Below, in pieces: positions 19,266 to 28,180 of a stretch of 64,000 bases of DNA. The notes beneath the pieces are model-generated. The model did no database searches, was not told where the DNA came from, and saw only the letters and a program-made list of their open reading frames with translations. Source of the stretch: a virus; the IMG/VR virus record IMGVR_UViG_3300023440_000001, positions 64,001 to 128,000 of that record; one strand, 5' to 3'. Every line of letters begins with the position of its first letter. Within the stretch, counting starts at the first letter, position 1. The translations under genes and the position numbers were made by a program.

Positions 19266-20406
19266 AGCTGGCCAGATTCAAACGGCAATGAACTTCCTGT
19301 TTCCGGGTTTTGAAAAGACCGGGACTCATCCGGAGAGTCAGTTACTTCATATCGAAGCGAAGGAGAAGTTCCTTATCTTTACTACCCGGAATCGCTACGT
19401 AATTGGTCGCTTTGCTATTGATATGGGTAAGGAACTGGAGTCATTCTCCACATTGATTCAGTATGAACGGTTCCGCAACTTGATTAACACATACCTACCA
19501 GAGACCAGGATAAGCCTGATTCCGGATGAGAATAGGCTTACCGTGCAGACCAATGGTCGCTACAGTTTTGTTGTGTACGATACGTATTATTCCCTGGAAA
19601 TGCCCAAAGTTGACGCTGCCGGGAAGGCAGATTATGCGACCCTTCATAAACTCTTAACACTGGCCAAACCATTTACAAGCATTGATAAGGCTACTGTTTC
19701 TGCCAATAAAGCAATTCGCCTGGTCTATAATGAAACGGACCAGACCTTAAAATCGATGGTAATTGATAACTCTGTTGCTGCTCAATTTGAAGTGAAGCTG
19801 AGCAAAGAGGCCAAGATCATTCCATTTGACATACATCGTCCTTTCGACGTCTATTTGAAAGGCACACTGGTCTCAAAGATGCAGGCGAATGCTATCTCAG
19901 GTGAAGCCAAACTCTATGTCAACGATGATCAGTCCGCTTTCAGTATTGTTGGACATGATGGCAAGGCCAAGATGGTTATGTCTACACTGAATGACCTCGA
20001 AGAATCTGCTGGTGTAGTGGAAACCGTTCTCGGCGAACACCGTCCGCATTACTTCACTGTTGATCTGGATATCTTCGAAGTCATTCTGCAGAGAATGGTA
20101 AACTTTGCTCCCGATGATATTCATGTTTCTGCTGCTGCAAGTGAAAAGAAGGTAACCTTTACAGCACAGGAACATGGTAAGGTTCTGGCGCAGGAAAGCA
20201 TGGAATGTGAAGATATCAAAGGTCATGTGAATATTCGTATGCCAATCCGTGTGGTTACCAACATTGTCAAACTATTGAGTAATAGCGGTGGAAAGCTGAA
20301 GTTCCAGGTAAATAAGGATGGTACTACTGCCATGGTAACCGGCCCGGTTAGTGACAATATCATCATGACAGTTGGCTTCAGCACTGAAGGCGAGGATAGT
20401 GAATAA
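19240..20406 (+). CDS. dnaN: DNA polymerase III beta sliding clamp-like protein
   Basis: ~385 aa, three repeated alpha/beta domains, DnaN-like N-terminus (HP...LHIEA....IFTT.N); divergent. Confidence 0.65.
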   Translation: MLMKKLVLKAGQIQTAMNFLFPGFEKTGTHPESQLLHIEAKEKFLIFTTRNRYVIGRFAIDMGKELESFSTLIQYERFRNLINTYLPETRISLIPDENRLTVQTNGRYSFVVYDTYYSLEMPKVDAAGKADYATLHKLLTLAKPFTSIDKATVSANKAIRLVYNETDQTLKSMVIDNSVAAQFEVKLSKEAKIIPFDIHRPFDVYLKGTLVSKMQANAISGEAKLYVNDDQSAFSIVGHDGKAKMVMSTLNDLEESAGVVETVLGEHRPHYFTVDLDIFEVILQRMVNFAPDDIHVSAAASEKKVTFTAQEHGKVLAQESMECEDIKGHVNIRMPIRVVTNIVKLLSNSGGKLKFQVNKDGTTAMVTGPVSDNIIMTVGFSTEGEDSE

Positions 20407-20816
20407 TGGGATTGAAAAAGACCAACCGTGACTCACTGGAACTCTATATAGAAGAAGAGCTCGGAGATCTTCTGAATCTCCGGCTCACTTCTGGTTCCGG
20501 TAATCAGCTGGGAGATGGTGATCTAAAGCCCCGTTATCGAAAGCTGGATGATATTCACTTCGGTATAGAATGTAAACGCACTTCCCGTGGCAAAAACCAT
20601 AATGTAAAATGGGATGACTACCAAAAAGCCCGCAAGCAGGTAGAGCGCGGTGGTCAGGTGCTCTTATTTGTTACTCAAAACGAAGTCAGGGACGTTATGG
20701 TCCACCTTCGTTTCCAGGACTTTAAGTGGCTTCTGGAAATCATCCAAGAAGCCTATCAGATCGTATCTGAACAATGGGCGAATCAGCCCAACCATAAAGA
20801 ATCATCTCTACAGTGA
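20406..20816 (+). CDS. PD-(D/E)XK nuclease, Holliday junction resolvase-like
   Basis: E..., SGSG...GDGD..., IECK. Confidence 0.75.
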   Translation: MGLKKTNRDSLELYIEEELGDLLNLRLTSGSGNQLGDGDLKPRYRKLDDIHFGIECKRTSRGKNHNVKWDDYQKARKQVERGGQVLLFVTQNEVRDVMVHLRFQDFKWLLEIIQEAYQIVSEQWANQPNHKESSLQ

Positions 20817-20868
20817 AGATGATTTCGTCCTATGAATCGACCACTAAGTATCAAGGAGTACGGGTATT

Positions 20869-21381
20869 ATGCAGGATCGCTATACGGAAGAAGTAAGAAG
20901 ATGGTTTTATAACTCTTTTAAGGACGTAGTTAAGATCAACTCTCTAAACGATCTACAAGTTATTAACAGAGTTTCTATGGAGTCCAACCATGCCATGATC
21001 TTTCTGGCTGTTCTAATCGGTGATGCACGCCGAGATGTTGGCACTGTGATTTATGAGATCACCAGCAATGCAGCCGTGGTCAAAGAAGTAACTCTCGTCT
21101 TTGAGTATATATTCGACCTCATGAGTGATCCAGCCCCGTTTCTAGCTGGAAATGACAAGTCGTCTGAGCTCATGGATCGAATAGCTGATACCCATCAAAA
21201 CATTGTACGCTGGGAATCCGGCTTGACAGCTTTTATTAACAGTCGACTGCTGGATAGCCAGAGTCAACCGGCTCAGAATGAGCTGGATTCTGTATTGGAC
21301 CTGCTGGGCTATCTTGGGTACTTAAAACACTATTATGAAGATCTCTACCATGAAGTCAAAACTAATCCCGGAGAGATGTAA
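20869..21381 (+). CDS. Hypothetical protein
   Basis: AAGGAG SD. Confidence 0.75.
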   Translation: MQDRYTEEVRRWFYNSFKDVVKINSLNDLQVINRVSMESNHAMIFLAVLIGDARRDVGTVIYEITSNAAVVKEVTLVFEYIFDLMSDPAPFLAGNDKSSELMDRIADTHQNIVRWESGLTAFINSRLLDSQSQPAQNELDSVLDLLGYLGYLKHYYEDLYHEVKTNPGEM

Positions 21382-21574
21382 GCATTGTGTATTCTATGAA
21401 GAGAATCCTTATACGGGACTGGAAACCTGTTCCCGTAACTATCCACCTACTAGTGACTTTCGAACGGACTGCCGGGTCCGCTATTATCCGCGCGGTCCGT
21501 GGAAGTCTGCCTTTCGACCGATTCCGGACTGGCGGATGGACTTCGATTCACTATTTGGAAAGGAGATAATTGAT

Positions 21575-22708
21575 ATGAGCGGTGCTTCTTTAGAAGAGAA
21601 GATGGAACGTGCACAGGCCTTTCTCAAACAGTATTCCAAGGCTGTTGAGAAGAAAGGCTCCACAGTAGTTGCTGATTTTGCCAGTAAACTGCCGGAGAAC
21701 TACCGTTCCTTCCCCAGATTGCCCCTGGGTATTCCCAGCCTGGATCGTTTCTTTGGCGGCGGCGTACCCATGGGTGGTGTAATTACCTGTGCAGGTGATA
21801 CCAGTGTGGGTAAGACCACATTCCTGTTGCGCCTGATAGCAGCAGCCCAGAAACAGGGCAAGTTATGTTTGCTGGCTGATGCAGAAGGTACCTTTGATAC
21901 CAACTGGGCACTTAAACAGGGTGTGGATGTAGAAAAGCTGGTAGTCCTGCAGCCCGGATTACCGCCGGAGGAAGAGTTTACACCGACCACTCTGGAAGAC
22001 TACTGGAATGGTATAATCCAGGCAGCCAATTCCAATATCTTTGACTTCTTTGGCCTGGATTCGCTGGATGCCATGATTGCTCGTGGCCGGCTGCAATCCA
22101 AGAAAGGCAAAGCCCGGGATCTGGACGATGCCGACGTGGCCTTAAAGGCCCGAGTATTATCAGATGCCTATCCCCGGGTACTGGGTGCCTGCCGGGCCAA
22201 TGCCATTACCTTCTTTCAAATCGCTCAACTGAGAACCACCGGTATTGGTAGTGCCTTTGTCAAGAACGATATCTCCGGGGGTAACGCCCGGAAGTATTAT
22301 GATATTCTAACACTGCACATTCGTCGTGGCTCTAAAAGTGAGGCACCGGTTGATGGTAATAAACCACTGGGCTTCAAGTTTATCATGGAAGCTCGTAAAT
22401 CCAAGATCGGTGGAATCAGAGAAGGAGATGCTGTGGAGACTATCTTCTTCTTTGATAAGGGTTTCGACCCTGTTTATGAACTAGTGGTAGAAGCCATTGA
22501 GCGCGGTGTTATTGCCAAGAAAGGTAATGCAGCGGCCACTTTTACTACCACTTCCGGTGAAGTCCATAACATTAAAGCCGGTAAAGAGTATAAGATTGCC
22601 GCCTATATTGATGAGAATGGACTGTTTGATGACCTGCGTCTGCAGGTAACCGGTGAAGTGAGTGAAGAAGCGGAAACCGTGGATGAAACAACGGCTGAAG
22701 CTTCCTGA
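21575..22708 (+). CDS. recA: RecA-like recombinase
   Basis: GIPSLD..FGGG.P.G, Walker A GDTSVGKTT, DAE, DS, Q.R, GG.A; AAGGAG SD at the 21575 start. Confidence 0.92.
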   Translation: MSGASLEEKMERAQAFLKQYSKAVEKKGSTVVADFASKLPENYRSFPRLPLGIPSLDRFFGGGVPMGGVITCAGDTSVGKTTFLLRLIAAAQKQGKLCLLADAEGTFDTNWALKQGVDVEKLVVLQPGLPPEEEFTPTTLEDYWNGIIQAANSNIFDFFGLDSLDAMIARGRLQSKKGKARDLDDADVALKARVLSDAYPRVLGACRANAITFFQIAQLRTTGIGSAFVKNDISGGNARKYYDILTLHIRRGSKSEAPVDGNKPLGFKFIMEARKSKIGGIREGDAVETIFFFDKGFDPVYELVVEAIERGVIAKKGNAAATFTTTSGEVHNIKAGKEYKIAAYIDENGLFDDLRLQVTGEVSEEAETVDETTAEAS

Positions 22709-22778
22709 TCATTGTATTAATCCGGGTTCCAGTAGTTATCCGGGACCCGGGTCAAACCCATTGATTGGAGGTATATAG

Positions 22779-23030
22779 ATGGGTGAGCAGCTCATATCTT
22801 CAGGTGGTACATTCCATTATCTTGGCAGCTTTGAGGGTCATGATCTATATATCTGTAGTGATTACGATGTACCCGAAGACATGGTACTATTTGTTAATAG
22901 AGATCGCATGACCGATGAACCTTATGAACCTGGCATGTTTCACGGATGGACTGTCGACGAAGTCGCAGACTATTTAAGTATGCTCGAGTTTGACTTCTCT
23001 CAGCTGTTTAATGATGATGCTCGAGCATGA
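22779..23030 (+). CDS. Acidic hypothetical protein
   Basis: GGAGG SD. Confidence 0.7.
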   Translation: MGEQLISSGGTFHYLGSFEGHDLYICSDYDVPEDMVLFVNRDRMTDEPYEPGMFHGWTVDEVADYLSMLEFDFSQLFNDDARA

Positions 23031-23052
23031 TTCGAATCGAAGGAGTATTAAA

Positions 23053-23379
23053 ATGGATGAGAAAACCAAATGTATCCGTGAACTCAATGATAGGTTTCGG
23101 AAGACCTTTAGAGGTGGTATTATTCGAATCACTACCGGTATTGGAGCTCGTCCCGATGTTGATGAAATCATGGAAGCTGTCCGTAACTTTGACGACTTTA
23201 ATCCGGACAACGATCCCTACGGCGAGCATGACTTTGGTGCCATAACGTTAAAAGATGGTACCCGCATATTCTGGAAGATTGACTACTACGATGTGTCTCT
23301 TAAATACCATTCTCTGAAGCCAGCCGATGAGATAGTGACTACGAGAGTATTGACTGTTATGTTGGCTTCAGAGTATTAA
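23053..23379 (+). CDS. DUF3768 family protein
   Basis: LNDRFR, DNDPYGEHDFG, FWKIDYYD, RVLTVMLASEY. Confidence 0.9.
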   Translation: MDEKTKCIRELNDRFRKTFRGGIIRITTGIGARPDVDEIMEAVRNFDDFNPDNDPYGEHDFGAITLKDGTRIFWKIDYYDVSLKYHSLKPADEIVTTRVLTVMLASEY

Positions 23380-23400
23380 CTGAATATCAGGAGTGCTAAT

Positions 23401-23856
23401 ATGAAAGCCATTCATATCTATTTTGAAGATGATGCACCTATTGGTGGCTACATTGGCGAGCAGCTGGAAGATGCAATTGCTCGTGTCATTGGTGAACAAT
23501 TCGGTTTATCCGCTCGGGTTGAGAGTGAGATAACCCATGGCATAACCCAATCCAGTACATTCATGCCAAAAGCTTTTAAGATATGGACCAGTAACTTTGT
23601 GGAATGGTTATTCGGAGTAAGGGATGCTTCGTTTAAGTCCGTACAGAACAAGTTGTTGAAGATTGGTGTCAGCTACATATATGATAACTATAAGACTATT
23701 TCTGATCTAATCTGTGAACTGGGTGTTATACCTATTTCTCTAATCTGGAACATGGAGGAATTGGATCTACCAGAGCAGATAATAAATGATGAAGAGATCA
23801 ATCGGGATAACCTGGAAAAGCATATGGAAGAGTGGCCGGTTAAATGGCTGTTATAG
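23401..23856 (+). CDS. Hypothetical protein with one copy of the domain duplicated in 48322
   Basis: FVEW..YKT..DL..G.IP..LI.N..EL..W...W. Confidence 0.75.
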   Translation: MKAIHIYFEDDAPIGGYIGEQLEDAIARVIGEQFGLSARVESEITHGITQSSTFMPKAFKIWTSNFVEWLFGVRDASFKSVQNKLLKIGVSYIYDNYKTISDLICELGVIPISLIWNMEELDLPEQIINDEEINRDNLEKHMEEWPVKWLL

Positions 23857-23862
23857 ATTAAT

Positions 23863-24010
23863 GGCAGGGTGGCGGAACGGTAGACGCAGAGACTGAGAGC
23901 AACTCGGGTGGTCTGTATCATTGCTCTGAAACGGTCGGGATTATCCCCGTAGCCAAAACCGTACGATGGATTGACGCACCGTGCAGGGTTCGAGTCCCTG
24001 CCCCTGCCCA
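23863..24010 (+). ncRNA. Enlarged tRNA-like RNA 1 (no canonical anticodon arm)
   Basis: GGCAGGG/CCCTGCC acceptor, Leu-type D arm TGGCGGAACGGTAGACGC, GCAGGG-TTCGAGT-CCCTGC T arm, ~95-nt multi-hairpin centre. Confidence 0.75.
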
Positions 24011-24024
24011 GAGTCAATTATCAC

Positions 24025-24151
24025 GGCGGGGTGGCGAAATTGGTAGACGCTGCGACCCAGACGCTGACGAAGAAGGGGCAACTCGAAGCCCTATAAAGGA
24101 TGGGTTATAGGACGCTTCGTCGTGCGGGTTCAAATCCCGCCCCCGCCGCCA
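24025..24151 (+). ncRNA. Enlarged tRNA-like RNA 2 with encoded CCA
   Basis: GGCGGGG/CCCCGCC acceptor + G-CCA, D arm TGGCGAAATTGGTAGACGC, GCGGG-TTCAAAT-CCCGC T arm, 3-bp stem with ACCCAGA loop, branched GACGAAG/CTTCGTC arm. Confidence 0.8.
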
Positions 24152-24169
24152 TTTATTAAGGAGAGGATT

Positions 24170-24487
24170 ATGCACTGCGTAGAATGTAACTCCAATAAGT
24201 TACAACGGGAGATGTTTGAAAAGACCGGTACCTGTCCATTATGTAACGGTCACCGCCACATCAGTTTCCATCGCTACGTCCAGTGGAAACTGGGTTTTGT
24301 ACTATGGCTTAATGATGATGGAAATCATGCACCGGTGGAAACTATGAAGCAACGCTGCGAAGACATGATTCTCAGGTGTTATAGAGAGTATCACAAAAAC
24401 CGACTCCCGATTATCAAACCCTATCCACTTGATCACGGGAGTCCGGTAGACGTAGTAGCATATTACATTGATCAGTTTAAGGAATAG
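24170..24487 (+). CDS. Zn-finger hypothetical protein
   Basis: CVEC...CPLC.G; AAGGAG SD. Confidence 0.75.
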   Translation: MHCVECNSNKLQREMFEKTGTCPLCNGHRHISFHRYVQWKLGFVLWLNDDGNHAPVETMKQRCEDMILRCYREYHKNRLPIIKPYPLDHGSPVDVVAYYIDQFKE

Positions 24488-24491
24488 AGCA

Positions 24492-25679
24492 ATGAATATA
24501 AGCAACTATGTTGACTGTATGATACTCCGTGTTATTGCTGGCTCCCATGCGTACGATATGGCCACGGAACATTCCGATCTGGATGTAAAGGGTATCTTGA
24601 TACCGCCGTATGAATATCTGCTGGGTATCTACACGTTTGAACAGACCGAAGGTGATATGAAAGACGACCCCCTGGAGCAGATCGGTCTGGATCCAACACT
24701 ACTTCGTAACGGTGGTGAGTTTACTTACTATTCTCTTCAGAAGTACTTTAAGCTGGCTCGGGATTGTAATCCTTCGATTCTGGAACTCCTGTTTTCAGAT
24801 CCAAAGCATTATATATGGGATGGAATTACACCTGAGAACAGGCGGTTGGGTGAGCTGCTGATTCGTAATCGTCGTCTGTTTCTATCTCAGAAGGTACGCT
24901 TTACTTATACCGGCTATGCACACGCCCAGCTGAAACGCATTAAAGGTCACAATAAATGGTTGACCAATCCACAGCCCGAAGAGAAGCCCCGACCGGTAAA
25001 CTTCATGAAGTTCTATCCCCTCAATATACATGAACAGCCAGCACTGTTTTATACCGCTCACATTGCCCTGGAAGATGATCCGGATTTTGAGAAGTGGATA
25101 TTGAAGTATGGTTTACAATCAATGGGTGCTAAACCAATTCCCGGCACCGACAACAAAGCCTTCTTTCTGTACCAGAAGGGCAGGGGAATAGTCGATTCCT
25201 CAGGCGCTCTGTTATCTGACTATTCCTATAACTACGATCCGGATAGCCCTGTCATTGGTATCCTGGTCTTCCAGCGAGACGAGTATCGCTCTCAGCTGAA
25301 GAAGTGGAAGGAATACTGGGATTGGGTACGTAATCGTAACCCGGCCAGAAGTGAGCTTGAGAAGAAGTATGGCTACGATACTAAGCACGCTGCCCATCTT
25401 ATCCGGCTATTGCGCACCGGTTACGAGCTAATGAGTACCGGCGAACTCCATGTTCTACGCCCGGATGCCGAAGAGCTTCTGGCTATCCGCAACGGTGCCT
25501 GGAGTTACAAGCAGCTGATTGATCATGCCGAAGAGACGGAGCAGAAGATCATCGAATTATATGACAGCCCATACTGTCCGCTTCCGATGAAGCCGGACAT
25601 CAAGAAGATTAACCAGCTCTATTTGGAGATGATAGAGCCGATAATCAGCAGGAGATTGAGCAATGAAGGTTCTTATTAG
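24492..25679 (+). CDS. Pol-beta superfamily nucleotidyltransferase (RlaP/YcgL-like)
   Basis: GSHAY..SDLDVKG, NPSILE, YTGYA, GYDTKHAAHLIRL. Confidence 0.9.
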   Translation: MNISNYVDCMILRVIAGSHAYDMATEHSDLDVKGILIPPYEYLLGIYTFEQTEGDMKDDPLEQIGLDPTLLRNGGEFTYYSLQKYFKLARDCNPSILELLFSDPKHYIWDGITPENRRLGELLIRNRRLFLSQKVRFTYTGYAHAQLKRIKGHNKWLTNPQPEEKPRPVNFMKFYPLNIHEQPALFYTAHIALEDDPDFEKWILKYGLQSMGAKPIPGTDNKAFFLYQKGRGIVDSSGALLSDYSYNYDPDSPVIGILVFQRDEYRSQLKKWKEYWDWVRNRNPARSELEKKYGYDTKHAAHLIRLLRTGYELMSTGELHVLRPDAEELLAIRNGAWSYKQLIDHAEETEQKIIELYDSPYCPLPMKPDIKKINQLYLEMIEPIISRRLSNEGSY

Positions 25680-25723
25680 AGTTAAGGCCATTTAACTGGT
25701 GATTGAATATAAGGAGTATAACT

Positions 25724-26101
25724 ATGATTGTGTTCTACTGGGGAGATATCGCTGGCTTTCTGGAAGAGGAAGCCGATCGTATCAAAGATGCCCTGGAAGA
25801 GGCTGGTATTCAGTATAGCCGGTTCGAAATCAAAGAGCAGCCACAATGTTTAGGTGAGCGATTCGATGTGTTATTCTTTGACTGGGGTGGTATGTCAGTC
25901 GGTAATAATATGCTTGATCACTATTGTCGGCGTATACTGCAACATGCCAAAGACCATCCCGGTAGAGTCTATGTCATGGTATCGGCTATGACCAGTTATG
26001 CTATGCGAGATGCACTAGAAACGTTTGGATCAGATCGCCCGGCGAATCTGTTTCTGGAAATAGATGAAGCATTAAGCTTTCTTAAACAGTTAAACCAATA
26101 A
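25724..26101 (+). CDS. Receiver-like/flavodoxin-fold protein
   Basis: FDVLFFD, ...VMVSA pattern. Confidence 0.5.
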   Translation: MIVFYWGDIAGFLEEEADRIKDALEEAGIQYSRFEIKEQPQCLGERFDVLFFDWGGMSVGNNMLDHYCRRILQHAKDHPGRVYVMVSAMTSYAMRDALETFGSDRPANLFLEIDEALSFLKQLNQ

Positions 26102-26129
26102 GCTTAATTCAAATCATAAGGAGTAATCT

Positions 26130-26585
26130 ATGAGACCAGCTCCCTATACGTTTTACAAAGGTAAGGCCGCCATGCGGTTGAGTATCATTCCCCCGAAAGA
26201 GGTCCAGAAAGGACAGTATTCTAATACCGATCCGGGAATGATCCTAATGGAAATCGCTCCGGCAAAGGGTAAACAGTCCTATGATTGGGACAATAAGATC
26301 GTGTTCTCCCTGAGCCCGGCGGAAGTTGCCACAATTGAAGTGAACCGGCTGATGAAGAAAGAGACCAGCCTGTTTCATGATCCGAATATGAAGTCGGACA
26401 AACAGGGCCAGGTTACCAAAAGCTTAAAGATCAGCCAGACCGACAGCGGTGGCTACATGTTCACCCTGTTTGAAACCAACAACGGCAACAAACACCATGT
26501 CTCCATCATTCTTTCAGCTGCCGAATACTATTTGTTTCGCATGCTGGTAGAGAATGGTGTGTTAAAGACATTAGCCTGGGTATGA
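26130..26585 (+). CDS. Whirly-family ssDNA-binding protein
   Basis: YKGKAA, APA.G..YDW..K.VFSLS..E, FHDP, K.LK motifs colinear with plant WHY proteins. Confidence 0.85.
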   Translation: MRPAPYTFYKGKAAMRLSIIPPKEVQKGQYSNTDPGMILMEIAPAKGKQSYDWDNKIVFSLSPAEVATIEVNRLMKKETSLFHDPNMKSDKQGQVTKSLKISQTDSGGYMFTLFETNNGNKHHVSIILSAAEYYLFRMLVENGVLKTLAWV

Positions 26586-26588
26586 GCC

Positions 26589-26732
26589 ATGGAAAAGGAT
26601 CCTGGAACACTGCTCGGTGTTGCATTATTCACCGTCTTAATCATCATGCTTCTAGCCGCCGGTCAGTTTGTACTTGCTTTGTTCCTGTTTATTGTTATGA
26701 TTAGTATTCTAATGGAGAAGCCCAATCTATGA
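26589..26732 (+). CDS. Small membrane protein (47 aa)
   Basis: Two hydrophobic segments; ATGA coupling to the next ORF. Confidence 0.6.
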   Translation: MEKDPGTLLGVALFTVLIIMLLAAGQFVLALFLFIVMISILMEKPNL

Positions 26733-26866
26733 AAGTACTGATTACATTGTTCGGAGTCTTACTGATTGTCTTTGCTCTGTTGTCCGGAGCATGGTTTATT
26801 GCACTGTTGTTGGTATTAGTGCTGTACGTAAACATTCGTAAGAATGAATACTTCACAAGTTCATAG
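26729..26866 (+). CDS. Small membrane protein (45 aa)
   Basis: GGAG SD, hydrophobic. Confidence 0.6.
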   Translation: MKVLITLFGVLLIVFALLSGAWFIALLLVLVLYVNIRKNEYFTSS

Positions 26867-26897
26867 CAGTTGAGACGACCATCGAGTCGCTACTGCC

Positions 26898-26939
26898 AAA
26901 GGCGGAGGTCCTGTTGTGGGTCTCCGCCTTTCTTGCTTT
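26898..26939 (+). terminator. Rho-independent terminator
   Basis: AAAGGCGGAG...CTCCGCCTTT hairpin followed by a T-rich run. Confidence 0.7.
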
Positions 26940-26977
26940 AAGAGCCTTATTCAGCCTATATGTCATGAGGTATCTGA

Positions 26978-28165
26978 ATGGACTTCAGTAGTGTATTCAA
27001 AAGAGATTACCGATCCTTTGCTCTGGGCATGTTCTCTGATATTATACAGGAAGAACTGCAACAGAATGGTAAAGTAAACGTTCTGGATCTCCCATCCAGC
27101 AATCTTATCCGGGAGTTGCGTTACTGGACAGATGTTGTCGGGCTAACCATTAATCACTATGTAGCTTTCGAGATAAATGACGAGATTGAAAAGGAGATTA
27201 TCAAGCAGAAGCATGTTGCTCGCCAGTATATAAATAGTGATCAGGTAGCCCAAATACTGGTGAACCCTTATGACTCTCAGGTGCCCGGTAAGGACCGTCT
27301 TCCTAAAGGTGTGCGCTTGCCAATGAAGGACATCATGGATCTTCGCGAGCGCCGAAGTCGGAAGCGCTTTACCATTCTCAACTTTGATTTGTGTGGCGCC
27401 CTGGGCGTCGGTGAAATGGGTATTATTGCTGATATATGTAGTATCCATGCTACCGATAAGTTTGTACTTCTGATTACTTCATCATTGCGTACCCGAGGCG
27501 GACTGGAAGTCATTGATCGTCTGTTTACTAATATGAAGGATGTTTTGTTACCCGCAGCTGGTATCGAAGTGATCCGGACTTATGGCCCAAAGACATACCA
27601 GGGCGGTACCGACGGTAATAACGGTACCCCGATGGTATTCTATGCATTGGCCTGTGAGAAGGCCATTAAGAATTGTCGAAGCCTGGATGTTCCTGATAAT
27701 AAACCAGACGTGAGGATTACTCTATCAGACGATAATGATCGTGAATCTACCGTTGAAGATCGAAGTAATGCTAAAACGGATTTAGCAGATATTATATCAA
27801 AGCTCCCATCATTGGAGTCGGTACCACCAATTCCAGATGAACTCCAGAACTTCATTCCCAGGAGGTATAATCTTATCTGGACTCTGAATTGGTTGAAGGA
27901 TAATCCATACTATACTGGTCAGCATTTAATGAAGTTGTTGAAGACAGATGATGTTAAGTATGTTAGCTCTCTAATTCGTCGGCTTCGCCGTCAGGGATTG
28001 ATTTCAGACTCTTCTCGTGCACTGTCTAAGGAGCTATTTGATTTGAATGGTAATAAAGCGAAAGCAGGTAAGGGTGGCTTTCGTATATCCTATGCCGAGT
28101 TAACCAGTAAGGGTCACTTACTTTTAGAGCAGTTTAAAAGTGCTTTGGATTACTTTACAGAATAA
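26978..28165 (+). CDS. Putative SAM-dependent methyltransferase-like protein with C-terminal wHTH
   Basis: VLDLP, VAFE, LNFDLCG in Rossmann order; C-terminal helix-turn-helix/wing pattern. Confidence 0.5.
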   Translation: MDFSSVFKRDYRSFALGMFSDIIQEELQQNGKVNVLDLPSSNLIRELRYWTDVVGLTINHYVAFEINDEIEKEIIKQKHVARQYINSDQVAQILVNPYDSQVPGKDRLPKGVRLPMKDIMDLRERRSRKRFTILNFDLCGALGVGEMGIIADICSIHATDKFVLLITSSLRTRGGLEVIDRLFTNMKDVLLPAAGIEVIRTYGPKTYQGGTDGNNGTPMVFYALACEKAIKNCRSLDVPDNKPDVRITLSDDNDRESTVEDRSNAKTDLADIISKLPSLESVPPIPDELQNFIPRRYNLIWTLNWLKDNPYYTGQHLMKLLKTDDVKYVSSLIRRLRRQGLISDSSRALSKELFDLNGNKAKAGKGGFRISYAELTSKGHLLLEQFKSALDYFTE

Positions 28166-28180
28166 CATCAGGAGGTGTTT

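Noticed and set aside
23863-24151. Canonical tRNA-Leu/Trp or tmRNA
   Set aside because: No 5-bp stem with a U33-containing 7-nt loop; too short for tmRNA and no Ala identity
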